From positions 76,376-140,375 of the forward strand of contig JAYTHY010000112.1 in the NCBI GenBank assembly GCA_043732185.1: a stretch of 64,000 nt of DNA, given 5' to 3'. The DNA comes from Fibrobacteria bacterium (GTDB taxonomy: Bacteria > Fibrobacterota > Fibrobacteria > UBA11236). Positions 10,506-20,775 of the stretch are shown here, piece by piece. Made by a program: the position numbers and the translations under genes. How positions within the stretch are numbered: the first letter of the stretch is position 1; each line of letters begins with the position of its first letter. The notes under the pieces are model-generated. The model did not search any database. It had not been told where the DNA came from and worked only from the letters and a program-made list of their open reading frames with translations.

Positions 10506-12308
10506 ATGGTTTTTAAAAATTGGAGAAAATTGGCAGTTCTAACCCTGGCTAGCTCTGCTGTTATTGGCACGGGCACCGCTTTGGCGGCTGAGGATTATTC
10601 GACTTGGACCTATAATTCGGATATTACCTTGAACACTTCTTCAACCGGCGCAGCAGTCACCGGAACGGTACTGAACTTTCCAGTACTGGTAAAACTTTCT
10701 TATCGAAATTTCCTTTTCAATGAAGCCAAGGGCAATGGTTCGGATATTCGTTTCGCGAAAACTTCTGGGTTGCCCATTACCTACCATATTGAGAGTTGGG
10801 ATTCCGTTCGGAATGAAGCCAGTGTTTGGGTTAAAATGGATACTGTGTATGGAAATACCGCTGGGCAGGTTATTAAGATGTACTGGGGTAAAGCTGGTGC
10901 AATGGATAGTTCAAAAGCTTCGGCTGTGTTTGATACAGCCAATGGGTTTGCAAGTGTTTACCATATGACTGAAGATCCTTCCACGGGCAAAGTGATGGAC
11001 CAGACCCAAAATGCAATCAATGGCACGCCCAGCAATCTGAGCGCAGCTAGCCTTGTCCAAGGAAATATCGGAAAAGGACTTGAATTTGATGGGTCTACGT
11101 CAACGGTTAATCTTGGAAACAGCCCAAAGCTTAATTTTTCAACCGCGTTCTCATTTTCCGGTTGGATCAATATGTCAAGTTATAACAGTGGTGATGAAAG
11201 TGGCTTGATGCAAAAGGCGGGTTCCTTACGGTATTTTGTCCGTGGGGAAAATGATGGAGCGCACATGCATAAGCAAGGGATTTACTTTGGCGCAACTATG
11301 GGAACCGCCAAGTTTTCCGAAACCGTAATGCCCTTGTCCCAATGGCAATACTTTACTTTTACCACGGATGGAACGAATTACAGTTTTTATACCAATGGCG
11401 TTCTCGATGGCACTGGTGCTTTGGGTGAAGCAATTCTCAACAGTACAGAAAACGTGGTAATCAGTCAGGCATGGGACAGGAAACAGGGTGGTGTGTATGA
11501 TGAATTTCGAATTGACAATGTCATGCGTTCGCCCGACTGGGTCAAGTTGTCCTATGCCAACCAGAAAAACTATCAGTCTTTGGTTACACTTGTGATGACC
11601 AGCAGATGCATAGCCAGCTATTCCGCTCCTGGTGATACTACTGTAAATGAAGGCTCTTCTCTTGTACTGACTACCATTGCCAACTGCGCGAGCAATGTAG
11701 TTTGGTCCGTTGCATCAGGTCCGATTACTGCGCTTCCGGATTCATTGGATAGGGTTTTAAAACTCAAATTGCCACGGGTCACTGGAGATACCAATCTAGT
11801 CTTGCACTTGGCAGTAAACATGCCTAATGGCCTGCAGCAGAAGGATATTACGGTCCACATCAAGGAGACCACTCCCGATCCTATTTTCACATTTGTCACC
11901 GGACTTAAGTGGAATGGCACCGACACCATGAGTATTATTCCCACTATCAGCAACCTTGCTGCCATCAAAGCCAGTCCTTCGCCCGATTTGAATTGGGTAT
12001 GGAGTATTCCGCTTTCCTATGCCGATACAATTTCCTTTGACGGCGGCATGTTGCTAAGAAACGGGTACGATGGGGTGCTGGAACTCAATCTCTGTCTGGA
12101 CAATGGTTCGGTGCCAAACTGCAAATCTGTGTCTATCGACGTCGCCATCCCGGTTTCCATTGCTTTAAGGCCGCATCGGTCTTCAAGCCGAAACTTCCAG
12201 CCCAGATTCGATATTATGGGTCGCCGCACAACGGAACTGGAAAAAGTTTCGCGATTAGGCAGACCTTTATTTTTGAAGCCAGAGAATTCTTCTACTCCAA
12301 ATAAATAA
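10506..12308 (+). CDS. Secreted DUF2341 + LamG + Ig-like protein without a recognisable catalytic domain
   Basis: Signal peptide (ALA-AE); NFPVLVKL...GSDIRFA...WVKMD; YDEFRID...RSPDWVKLSY; AAGGGG RBS. Confidence 0.82.
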   Translation: MVFKNWRKLAVLTLASSAVIGTGTALAAEDYSTWTYNSDITLNTSSTGAAVTGTVLNFPVLVKLSYRNFLFNEAKGNGSDIRFAKTSGLPITYHIESWDSVRNEASVWVKMDTVYGNTAGQVIKMYWGKAGAMDSSKASAVFDTANGFASVYHMTEDPSTGKVMDQTQNAINGTPSNLSAASLVQGNIGKGLEFDGSTSTVNLGNSPKLNFSTAFSFSGWINMSSYNSGDESGLMQKAGSLRYFVRGENDGAHMHKQGIYFGATMGTAKFSETVMPLSQWQYFTFTTDGTNYSFYTNGVLDGTGALGEAILNSTENVVISQAWDRKQGGVYDEFRIDNVMRSPDWVKLSYANQKNYQSLVTLVMTSRCIASYSAPGDTTVNEGSSLVLTTIANCASNVVWSVASGPITALPDSLDRVLKLKLPRVTGDTNLVLHLAVNMPNGLQQKDITVHIKETTPDPIFTFVTGLKWNGTDTMSIIPTISNLAAIKASPSPDLNWVWSIPLSYADTISFDGGMLLRNGYDGVLELNLCLDNGSVPNCKSVSIDVAIPVSIALRPHRSSSRNFQPRFDIMGRRTTELEKVSRLGRPLFLKPENSSTPNK

Positions 12309-12352
12309 ACCTAAAGCTGGCCGAAAATGTCAGCTTTTCAGAACGCCAATAG

Positions 12353-12386
12353 AAATGCCTCTGCTTAAATGTGGAGGCATTTTTTT
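12353..12386. terminator. Intrinsic terminator between convergent genes, probably bidirectional
   Basis: AAATGCCTC-tgcttaaatgtg-GAGGCATTT followed by a T run. Confidence 0.8.
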
Positions 12387-12414
12387 ATCTGGGATTACTT
12401 TTTTTGATCTCTGA

Positions 12415-14451
12415 TTACCTGATGTCGTACTTAGTCAATGTCAGCTGGCTATTGACGGTGTACAAAACAAGTTCCGGGGTGGCGCCACCTGTAAACCAGG
12501 CTGCCATGCCATTCAATGCAAACAAATCATCCCCGCGGCTAAGGCGTGCCCCGCCCATATTTTTGGCCGGTACCAGTACATTTCCGTATTCATCCACGGC
12601 TACGGCCCAGGTTTCCAAGTAGGTTTGAGTATTCCATTTTTCCCACATGACAATAAATACGTTGTTTGCGATGCGAATTAGTTTGGGGCGTTCTGCATGC
12701 TCCGTGCTAGGATTGCGGTAATTGCTGAGCTGGGCAATTCCCGGATTGACGCCAGTATAGTTGTCTCCCCAGTAGTCTTTAATGGCCACACCAGCGTCGA
12801 TGGTGTTTGGGTTGCCAACTTTAGTGTCAACGGCTTCTATCTTGTATTTTATGGGCTGAGCAACAGTGCTAAAGTTTTTGTTTACATGTAGCAGGCCAAT
12901 ATTTCTACTCATATTGATGCGGGCAGAGTCAAATTTGGCTCCCATTTCTGAAGCTAGGGTTACCACATACCCATTTGGGCCTTGTTGAAATCCACCCAAC
13001 CGGGTAAACGTGTTGTTGTAACCACCCCCAGTAGTAGAATCGCCGCCTTTAACATCGAAGACGGGGCGGACTTGTAAATTGGTTGCGTCGACCGCTGTAA
13101 CCGTTACGGCGCGAATATTGGAATCCCCAAGTTCATATCCAACAAACCGGGCGCCGTCCCATAAAAGCCTTTCATCAAAAGAATGGCTTTGGCCAAAATA
13201 ATCGCGGAGAATCACGCCGGTATTATCCAAAGCGGTAATGTAATGCGTTAATTGATGTCCGTTAGCGGGCAGGGTTTCATGTGCCAACAAAATGCAGATT
13301 TTTCCACCGCCCACTACCACTCTTCCGTTTCCGGCTTGAAAGGGTCGATAGAGTACTGTCCCTTTAACTGTTTGCAGGCCCGTCATCACATCCTGCATGA
13401 AAATGGGTTTGCCGGTTGTGCCGTTATACTTGTGCAAGTGCAACATGCCCGCTCGATAACCCTCTCCCATTGCCTGTAGCGTAGAATCCCAGCGGCCAGA
13501 AACAAAGTATAGTGATTGATCCGGTGTGACAAAAAAGCCACCCAACATGGGTAACGTGGAAGGTACAAGGTGCTCAGCGGCAACGTAAGTGCCTTCTTGG
13601 TAGAGGACTCGAGTGATGATGATTTTATCGCCCTTAGAATCCTGCCAAGCTGCATAAATGCTGCCATCCCCTCTGGGGATGCCCACAATATCAGGATTCC
13701 TTCCATATAGGGACATATGGCTGTCTGGACCGTTCTTATCGTCTGCGGCATTATACGGCGTGCCCATCGAAGCGATGTTCCCAGGGATCCACGCACTTTT
13801 TTCCAGGCTGAAGTTGAGAACGCCGGTGGCGGTTTGCACTGCCGATGCCATCTCCGCGTACCTGACAGCCCAGGCTTTGGCCGTGTCGATTGCAGCAGCA
13901 GCTATTTTTGGCATTTGAGCCGAAACATTTTTTGCAATTAAAACAGAAGTCAAATTTACTGGGCCCGTCGCCGTATTAGAAAGAACCGGCATCTTAATCA
14001 CACTGGTATATCTGCCTTGTTGTATATTTAGAAAGTACAGACCCTTTGGTAGGCTATTGGAAAGATTATGCAAAGTGTACTGCCCCGGCTTTAAAATACC
14101 GTGGTATAGAAGTTTGATCCGTTCCCCATTTAAATTTTCCAGTTGAACGGAAATCGGGCCAACTGAATTCGCCGTTATTCTCAACTCGCCATTTAGAAAT
14201 TGAAATAGGAAGCCCGTACCTGAAAAATTCCCATGGGTCTTTCGAATACCCAGCACCTGAATGCTGTAATGCCCATCCGCTCCAGTAATCGCTTCACCTG
14301 GAGAAATGGAAAGTTTCACTCGTGCGCCGCTGATGGGCGCTTTGGTTATTGCATCTGAAACTATTCCAGAGAGGATTATGGATTGCCCAACTGTCAAGGA
14401 TGGTGAAAAAAACGGCAGGCTCCAGAGTAGAATCGTACACCACTGTTTCAT
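12415..14451 (-). CDS. Secreted protein: carboxypeptidase-regulatory-like domain with a nested CTD-like domain, plus a large uncharacterised beta-rich C-terminal domain
   Basis: Signal peptide; SGIVSDAITKAPISGARV...TGADGHYSI; internal ENLNGERI...LPKGLYFL; C-terminal HSFDERL...LGD...TFTRLGG region. Confidence 0.7.
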   Translation of the reverse strand: MKQWCTILLWSLPFFSPSLTVGQSIILSGIVSDAITKAPISGARVKLSISPGEAITGADGHYSIQVLGIRKTHGNFSGTGFLFQFLNGELRITANSVGPISVQLENLNGERIKLLYHGILKPGQYTLHNLSNSLPKGLYFLNIQQGRYTSVIKMPVLSNTATGPVNLTSVLIAKNVSAQMPKIAAAAIDTAKAWAVRYAEMASAVQTATGVLNFSLEKSAWIPGNIASMGTPYNAADDKNGPDSHMSLYGRNPDIVGIPRGDGSIYAAWQDSKGDKIIITRVLYQEGTYVAAEHLVPSTLPMLGGFFVTPDQSLYFVSGRWDSTLQAMGEGYRAGMLHLHKYNGTTGKPIFMQDVMTGLQTVKGTVLYRPFQAGNGRVVVGGGKICILLAHETLPANGHQLTHYITALDNTGVILRDYFGQSHSFDERLLWDGARFVGYELGDSNIRAVTVTAVDATNLQVRPVFDVKGGDSTTGGGYNNTFTRLGGFQQGPNGYVVTLASEMGAKFDSARINMSRNIGLLHVNKNFSTVAQPIKYKIEAVDTKVGNPNTIDAGVAIKDYWGDNYTGVNPGIAQLSNYRNPSTEHAERPKLIRIANNVFIVMWEKWNTQTYLETWAVAVDEYGNVLVPAKNMGGARLSRGDDLFALNGMAAWFTGGATPELVLYTVNSQLTLTKYDIR

Positions 14452-14503
14452 TCGATCCCCCTGAGAAAGTTACATACGTTTAAAGTCTAGCATTTCCCAG
14501 CAT

Positions 14504-16807
14504 TTAAAGGGATAAATCCACCCAAAGTCCGAAGGAGCGGGGTTGTCCAAAATGGGTGCTTCCAAAACTGGATTCAAACTTGTACAAGTACGGTGTATCC
14601 AAAACATTGAGGATGGCTGCATGCATTTCCAGTGCGGGTCCCGGAGTCGATTTTACTTGATAGGTAAGACCCAGATCAAACACGGCATGGGGGGCAACGG
14701 ATTTGTCCGGAGAGCCTGGTTTTTCCGGATCTAGAGAAAGCAAATCGATCACATCGTCACCATAGCCACGTCGCTTCAGTTCGGCTCGGGACTGGACCGC
14801 ATCCAAACCAGAACCATCATTGGCGACAAGATCAAAAGGGAGTCCGGAGTCGAATCGACCCCCCCAATTGAACGCAAAACCCATTGGCAGTTGGTAGCGC
14901 ATGTTTAGCACCCCCGTGGCAATTTGATTGTGTTCGGTGGGAAAGAAATCCTCGCCGGCAAAAGGATGTCCGTAATTATGGCCTTCCTCGCCGACTAATA
15001 ATCCAGCAGCAATGGGCGAAGAACCGTCATCGGGTTTAAGGCCTAAAGAGGCACAGCCACCCAAGGACAGGGTGCCGGAAAGTCTTTGCCATTCCCGTAA
15101 ACGCAAACGAAGCTGACCTCCCGCTACCAGACCTCGTTTGAGGTTGATGGGAAAGATCAGACCTGAATTTCCGAGTTCGGCTTTAACCAGAAAATCACGA
15201 ATGTATTTCCCGTAGACTCCTCCATCGAGAATCCAATACGGCCCCATCGATACATCCGAACCGAGATCAAAAACTATGGCACGCTCCGCGCCCACAGTAG
15301 CATGCGTGTTACCTTGTTCGCTTCCGGACAGCGGCAGTAAAGCGCGCGAGCTGGAAAGGAGAATGTATTCAAGCGGAGCCCGCGAGGTCACCCAATCCAA
15401 GGAAGCCCAAAAATTGAGAGTGGGCGAAACTGTATAACTAGTAGCCAAGCGCGGGGAAACGGCTTGTTCGATTTTGAAAATAGAAAAGGCATCATATCGG
15501 AGTCCCAATGCCAGATTCCATGCACCTAACGCAAAAGCATCTTCTGCATACGTGGCGGCGGTCCAGCCTGTTCCGACTTCTTGAGTTTCCAAGGAATGGC
15601 CGCCATGGGTTAAATCAAATGTCAGAAGGCGGGGATCCCCATTGGGTCCAGCCAGCGCGGAATCCGTGATGGCAAAGGCGAGTGATTCGGAAAGGGGATT
15701 GTATTCTCCCGAGACACCTGCATGGATGCGATGTATACGTCCGCCAATGCGCGGGTGGAGAGTAAGTTCCGCAAGGCCGCCATGGTATCCCTCTTGACGG
15801 AAGGCCCCGAGAAAATAGCGTTCATTTTCGGCTATGGCCTGTAGGGAATCCTGGGTACCGGCCAATCTGGAAAGGCCGCCACTGGTGAGGTTTGCTTTGG
15901 TTCCCCGTGCATACAGAGAGAATGCCAAGGATGTTCCAGCTCCCAAATCGAGATCGGCCCGCGCACCCATCAAGTAGGATCGTAAGGCCTGGCCCTGGTC
16001 CTGTCCGGGATTGCGCAACTTAAGATTAGGGATTTCAAAATCACTGGCGTCGTAGGCGCCCATGAATCGCAGTTCCAGATGTGTGGTAGCTAGGGCGGTG
16101 AGCTTTCCGAACACGTGATTGCTGTGTCCAGCATCATGTATAGCAGTGAATCCGGAAATGGGATCGAGATAGCGGTTGGTTTGACTGTGCGATGCGTTCA
16201 AGACCAAACCGGTTCGTTCGCCCAAGCGACCACTAGCCATGCCTTCCACATCGCGGGTTCCGAAAGAGCCAGCACCCGCACCGGCACGCAAGGCAAACGG
16301 CCTAGTTAGACCATCTTGCATGGTGACGTCCACTACGGCAGATCCTCCCACATATTGGGCGGGCAGGCCTCCCATATGGATGTCCACCGATTTGGCCATA
16401 TCGGTCGAATATAAGCTGGAATAAATCCGGGTGGGATTGCCGGGCCAAGGAATGCCATCCACGATATATTGGATTTGAGCATCCTCGCCGCGTGCGTGCA
16501 TGCGGCCGTCCTCATCAGGAATAATGTCCGCGGATTGAAGCAGCATGGCTTCGCCGACTTTTTCTCGGGAGGGACAGAGTAGGTTTGCTATGTCCTTGGC
16601 CAAGTATACTCGGTGACCGGAAGAGTCCGGCGTGCCTTCACTTACACGGACCCGAATGAATCGGCTAGGCAACTCCAAGCTGTCGTCCGGGGCATGGAAA
16701 AGTGAATCTTGACTGTGAACGCTGCCAGACAAAATCAAGACTAGAACTGTCCACAAGAATGGCATCGGTTCAAAATAACCTGATGACACTAATTTGTCAG
16801 TCCTCAT
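14504..16807 (-). CDS. TonB-dependent outer-membrane receptor
   Basis: Plug motif HARGEDAQIQYIVDG and GGLPAQY; barrel motifs LGLRYD, SPRL and NVLDTPY...PRSF. ATGA overlap with the upstream permease. Confidence 0.85.
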   Translation of the reverse strand: MRTDKLVSSGYFEPMPFLWTVLVLILSGSVHSQDSLFHAPDDSLELPSRFIRVRVSEGTPDSSGHRVYLAKDIANLLCPSREKVGEAMLLQSADIIPDEDGRMHARGEDAQIQYIVDGIPWPGNPTRIYSSLYSTDMAKSVDIHMGGLPAQYVGGSAVVDVTMQDGLTRPFALRAGAGAGSFGTRDVEGMASGRLGERTGLVLNASHSQTNRYLDPISGFTAIHDAGHSNHVFGKLTALATTHLELRFMGAYDASDFEIPNLKLRNPGQDQGQALRSYLMGARADLDLGAGTSLAFSLYARGTKANLTSGGLSRLAGTQDSLQAIAENERYFLGAFRQEGYHGGLAELTLHPRIGGRIHRIHAGVSGEYNPLSESLAFAITDSALAGPNGDPRLLTFDLTHGGHSLETQEVGTGWTAATYAEDAFALGAWNLALGLRYDAFSIFKIEQAVSPRLATSYTVSPTLNFWASLDWVTSRAPLEYILLSSSRALLPLSGSEQGNTHATVGAERAIVFDLGSDVSMGPYWILDGGVYGKYIRDFLVKAELGNSGLIFPINLKRGLVAGGQLRLRLREWQRLSGTLSLGGCASLGLKPDDGSSPIAAGLLVGEEGHNYGHPFAGEDFFPTEHNQIATGVLNMRYQLPMGFAFNWGGRFDSGLPFDLVANDGSGLDAVQSRAELKRRGYGDDVIDLLSLDPEKPGSPDKSVAPHAVFDLGLTYQVKSTPGPALEMHAAILNVLDTPYLYKFESSFGSTHFGQPRSFGLWVDLSL

Positions 16808-17907
16808 CCTTTATCGGCCAAAACCTGGTCCAGTGCCACGGATCCGGTCAATATCACACCTAGGATCACTTTTTGCATAGTGGAGGGTATGCCAACTTGT
16901 TCCATTCCATTCAATATACTGGCCATAAGCAATGCGCCCAGCAAGGACATCCACACATTTCCAGAACCGCCACGCAAACTGGTGCCCCCGATGACGCAGG
17001 CCGCAATAGCATTCAGTTCCTGGTAGTCCCCGATATCGGCAGCCGATGCCATTAACTGCGAGGTGGCAACTAGGCCCGCCAACCAAGTGAGCATGGCCAT
17101 GAGCATAAATACACCGATGGTATGCCAGTGAATGGAGATACCGGAATATTCCGCTGCTTGACGATTGGAGCCTATTGCAAAAACATGACGTCCAAAGCGC
17201 GTGCGCACTGCCAAGGTATGGCATACTGCTGCCGTAAGCAACATGGCCACAACGCAAACAGGAACTCCGCGGTCGGCATTGGCAATGGCAACAAAGACGA
17301 ATGCGACGACTATCCAAATTGCCGATTCCAAACCGGAGCGCCAACCTGAAATCTCAGGCAAGCTGTGTTTCTTCCGCTCTATCGCACTTTGCCATGCGAG
17401 GCCGATTCGCATTGCCGCGAAAAGGCTTGCTGCGGCATAGCTTTGACCAGTTGAGAGATAACCTTGTCCCAAATATAAAAGTCCGGGATTTTGAATGGGA
17501 ATAACTGGGTTGGCTAGATATTGCTTAAGCCCTGTATAGGCCATGAGCCCACTCAAGGTGGCAATGAAAGCCGGAACTTTTAAATAGGCAACCACCGATC
17601 CATGAATGAGGCCCATCAACAGAGCCAGGCAAAGGCTAATGCCTAGTGCCGTCCATATTGAAAACGGGTAGTGGTACAGGCAATAGGCGTTCACTGCACC
17701 GAGCAGTCCCAGTCCGGCTCCCACAGACAAATCAATATTCCCAGCGGCCATTACAAAAGTCATACCCGTAGCCAAAATTCCAACTACAGTTAGGTATTTG
17801 AAAAGGTTCACCATGTTTCCGGCTGTAAGAACTGCGCCTCCGGACCAAAAGTGGAATGCCACCCAAAGGATGGGAATGATCAGAATAAGAGCAAGAGTGC
17901 GTTTCAT
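16804..17907 (-). CDS. xylH: Monosaccharide ABC permease (XylH-like)
   Basis: IDLSVG, PAFIATL, TRFGRHVFAIGSN and ELNAIAACVIGGTSLRGG. Start at 17907 gives an ATGA overlap with the ATPase stop. Confidence 0.85.
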   Translation of the reverse strand: MKRTLALILIIPILWVAFHFWSGGAVLTAGNMVNLFKYLTVVGILATGMTFVMAAGNIDLSVGAGLGLLGAVNAYCLYHYPFSIWTALGISLCLALLMGLIHGSVVAYLKVPAFIATLSGLMAYTGLKQYLANPVIPIQNPGLLYLGQGYLSTGQSYAAASLFAAMRIGLAWQSAIERKKHSLPEISGWRSGLESAIWIVVAFVFVAIANADRGVPVCVVAMLLTAAVCHTLAVRTRFGRHVFAIGSNRQAAEYSGISIHWHTIGVFMLMAMLTWLAGLVATSQLMASAADIGDYQELNAIAACVIGGTSLRGGSGNVWMSLLGALLMASILNGMEQVGIPSTMQKVILGVILTGSVALDQVLADKG

Positions 17908-19487
17908 AGAGCTGCGCCTCCCGCGCAAAGTTCCAAAATGGTTTGCGAGTCTGCTTCCGCTGCCGCGTATGTACCGACCATGTGGCCTTGGCGTAGAACC
18001 AAAATGCGATGGGATAGGCGTAAGACTTCTTCATTCTCGGAAGAGATGAGAAGGATGCCGATGCCGACCTTCGATAAACTTTGAATGATGCGATATATCT
18101 CGGCCTTTGCTCCAATATCTACGCCGCGCGTCGGATCGTCCAATAACAGTAGGCGCGGTTTGGTCAACAACCATTTGGCCAGGACGACCTTTTGCTGATT
18201 GCCTCCGGATAGCAAACCCGCTGGGAATTCCCCATGCAAGGTTTTTATGCCGAGGTCATGAATAGACAATTCCGTTTGCCGCATTTCCTTATTTGTATTT
18301 ATGAATTGAAAAAACTGACAGAATTGTTTCAAACAGGCACTGGTAATATTATGCCGAATGCTTTGCTGCAACATTAAACCGTTTTGCCTTCGGTTTTCCG
18401 GGACCAGCGCTATGCCAGCGGACACAGCTTGTTTTGGATGGGTGGGCACATAGGGTCGCCCCGCAATTTCTATACGCCCTGTTCCGGGCACCGGACCCAT
18501 TCCGAATAACGATTCAACCAACTCCGTTCGGCCTGCCCCCATTAATCCCACTAAGCCCAAAATTTCGCCATGGGCCAAATCAAAGGATATGTTATCCAGA
18601 ATCGATACTTCTTTATTGCGGGCTGACAAAACACTCCAGTTACGGACGCTCAATAGGGGAGGGTCTACTGCGGGAGGTGGGGGCGTGCGAGCTGGAAAGG
18701 CATCGTCGAGTGTGCGGCCCAGCATCAGTTGGACCACCTTTGCGGGCGTGGAGTCTGCCTTTGATACTGTTTCCACGCTGCTGCCATTGCGTAGAACGGT
18801 TATCCGGTCGGCAATGGCAAAGACCTCGTCGAGTTTATGGGAAACGTAGACGATACTCTGCCCGTCTGCCCTTAAGGTGCGGAGCAAATCAAGGAGGATA
18901 TCGGATTCGCGCGCCGTTAAAGCGGAGGTGAGCTCATCTAAAATCAGGATGCGACCTGTTCCAGGGCCCGAATCGGTTTTGGGCTCTGCCAATTTCAGAT
19001 CCGGGTGCACCATCAAGGCTCTGGCTATCTCGACCAGTTGCATATTTCCAATCGTCAGTTCTGCAACTGTTTGGTGTGGCTTTATGTCCTTACGTCCCAA
19101 GGTTGCCAGTAACCGCGCGGTTTCCGCTTCCATGCGTAGCCTATCGATCCATCCATTCCGAGTCAGTTCCTGACCCAGAAATATGTTTTCTGCTACGGTT
19201 AAATCCAGCGCCAGGGACAACTCCTGGTGTATGACGACAATTCCATTTGACTTGGCCTCGCCTGGGCCGGTGAATTGGCATGCCTCCCCCTGTTTTAGCA
19301 CGGTACCAGTATAGGCACCCCAGGGAAGGATCCCAGCCAGAATTTTGATTAGGGTGGACTTGCCTGCGCCGTTTTCGCCGCACAGTGCATGGATTTCTCC
19401 AGGATATAAATCCATATCCACCTGAGTGAGGGCGGGTACGCCCGCATAGGCCTTGGCTAGGCCGCGTATCGAAAGAATTTGGACCAC
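17904..19487 (-). CDS. xylG: Monosaccharide ABC ATP-binding protein with two NBDs (XylG-like)
   Basis: GENGAGKST, GLMGAGRTEL and LSGGNQQKV. Confidence 0.88.
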   Translation of the reverse strand: MVQILSIRGLAKAYAGVPALTQVDMDLYPGEIHALCGENGAGKSTLIKILAGILPWGAYTGTVLKQGEACQFTGPGEAKSNGIVVIHQELSLALDLTVAENIFLGQELTRNGWIDRLRMEAETARLLATLGRKDIKPHQTVAELTIGNMQLVEIARALMVHPDLKLAEPKTDSGPGTGRILILDELTSALTARESDILLDLLRTLRADGQSIVYVSHKLDEVFAIADRITVLRNGSSVETVSKADSTPAKVVQLMLGRTLDDAFPARTPPPPAVDPPLLSVRNWSVLSARNKEVSILDNISFDLAHGEILGLVGLMGAGRTELVESLFGMGPVPGTGRIEIAGRPYVPTHPKQAVSAGIALVPENRRQNGLMLQQSIRHNITSACLKQFCQFFQFINTNKEMRQTELSIHDLGIKTLHGEFPAGLLSGGNQQKVVLAKWLLTKPRLLLLDDPTRGVDIGAKAEIYRIIQSLSKVGIGILLISSENEEVLRLSHRILVLRQGHMVGTYAAAEADSQTILELCAGGAAL

Positions 19488-19503
19488 GTTCCTTGGTCTT
19501 TAA

Positions 19504-20664
19504 TTACTGGCCTGCTGTGACGCTGCCGATGATTTCTTCTTTGGTATGGTAACCGTCGGCAACCACAGTCTCCATTAGGTTTTCCTTGGTGACTGGAATT
19601 GGCGTGAGAAAAACTGCGGGAACCTGAAATGTACCATTGGCGATTTTAACTTCGGAAACTGTGGAATCGTTGTTTGGCTGCGTAGTTTCTATTGCCTGAC
19701 CAGAGTTTTCAGTGTTTTGTCCCAGCGCAGCCTTCTCGGCCTTCACTGCCGCGACAGCCGCATATTCTGCAAGTGCGCGAATAGGTTTGTATACGGTTAC
19801 CGTTTGAATGCCTTTCCAAATGTATTGACAGGCAATAAGGTCGGCATCCTGCCCGGATACTGGCACCTTTCCGGCAAGCTTTTTGTCCTCCAAAGCCGAT
19901 ATTGCGCCGGAAGCGGTGCCGTCGTTGCTGGCGAGAATGGCGTCCACCTGATACTTTTGCAATGCATCTGCGGTGATGCGGCGCGCCTCCGATCGAAGCC
20001 ATTTGTCACAGGCTTGATTGGCCACGATTTTTATATCGCCTCGGTCCAAATAGGGCTGAAGCACTTTCATATGGCCTGCATGGACCATATCCGAATTTTT
20101 GTCGGCAGGATCCCCGCGTAAGATCAGGTAATTTCCCTTGGGTTTTTTACCCACCAAAGCCTGAGCTTGGATTTCCCCCACTTTTTCATTGTCAAAAGAC
20201 AAGTATAGGTCTACTTCCGAATCGGCAATGAGTCGATCATAAGAGATCACTTTAACATGTTTGGCATGGGCATTCAGAACAATAGGTCGGGCGGCGTCTG
20301 CATTTTTTGGAACCACCACCAATACCTGAACGCCTTTTGCCAAGAGCCCATCGCATTGCCGGGCCTGCGAATTGGGATCTCCGCCAGCATCTTGGACAAT
20401 AACTCGGGCCCCTAGACTTTCAGCTTTGGCGACAAAATAATCTCGATCGCGTTGCCATCTTTCCTCTTTAAGATCGGCCAGAGAAAGCCCAATTAATACC
20501 TGTGCAGACTTTAGGTTGTGGGAAGAGTTGTCTGTTTTGGCTGTATCTTTTTGTGATTGGCAACCCAGCATGCAAACGCCAAGGATGACCATGGCCCATT
20601 TCAAGAGGCCCAAGCCCTGGGTCAATGCCGGCTTGGCTGCAATGGCAGATTTTATAGGTGACAT
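19504..20664 (-). CDS. xylF: D-xylose-type ABC substrate-binding lipoprotein (XylF-like)
   Basis: EERWQRDRD, ISYDRLI, SFDNEKVG, SGQDAD and QTVTVYKPI; lipobox MLGC. AAGGA lies 8 nt before ATG 20664 (the ORF track starts at 20718). Confidence 0.85.
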   Translation of the reverse strand: MSPIKSAIAAKPALTQGLGLLKWAMVILGVCMLGCQSQKDTAKTDNSSHNLKSAQVLIGLSLADLKEERWQRDRDYFVAKAESLGARVIVQDAGGDPNSQARQCDGLLAKGVQVLVVVPKNADAARPIVLNAHAKHVKVISYDRLIADSEVDLYLSFDNEKVGEIQAQALVGKKPKGNYLILRGDPADKNSDMVHAGHMKVLQPYLDRGDIKIVANQACDKWLRSEARRITADALQKYQVDAILASNDGTASGAISALEDKKLAGKVPVSGQDADLIACQYIWKGIQTVTVYKPIRALAEYAAVAAVKAEKAALGQNTENSGQAIETTQPNNDSTVSEVKIANGTFQVPAVFLTPIPVTKENLMETVVADGYHTKEEIIGSVTAGQ

Positions 20665-20775
20665 TAAACAGATCCTTTCAAATAACTGGATGGAAATGGC
20701 TAAGGTAGAATTATTCACAATCCCTTTCTAAAAAAACCCTAATGTGAAATCCAATAGCAACGGACCCAATTTTCT

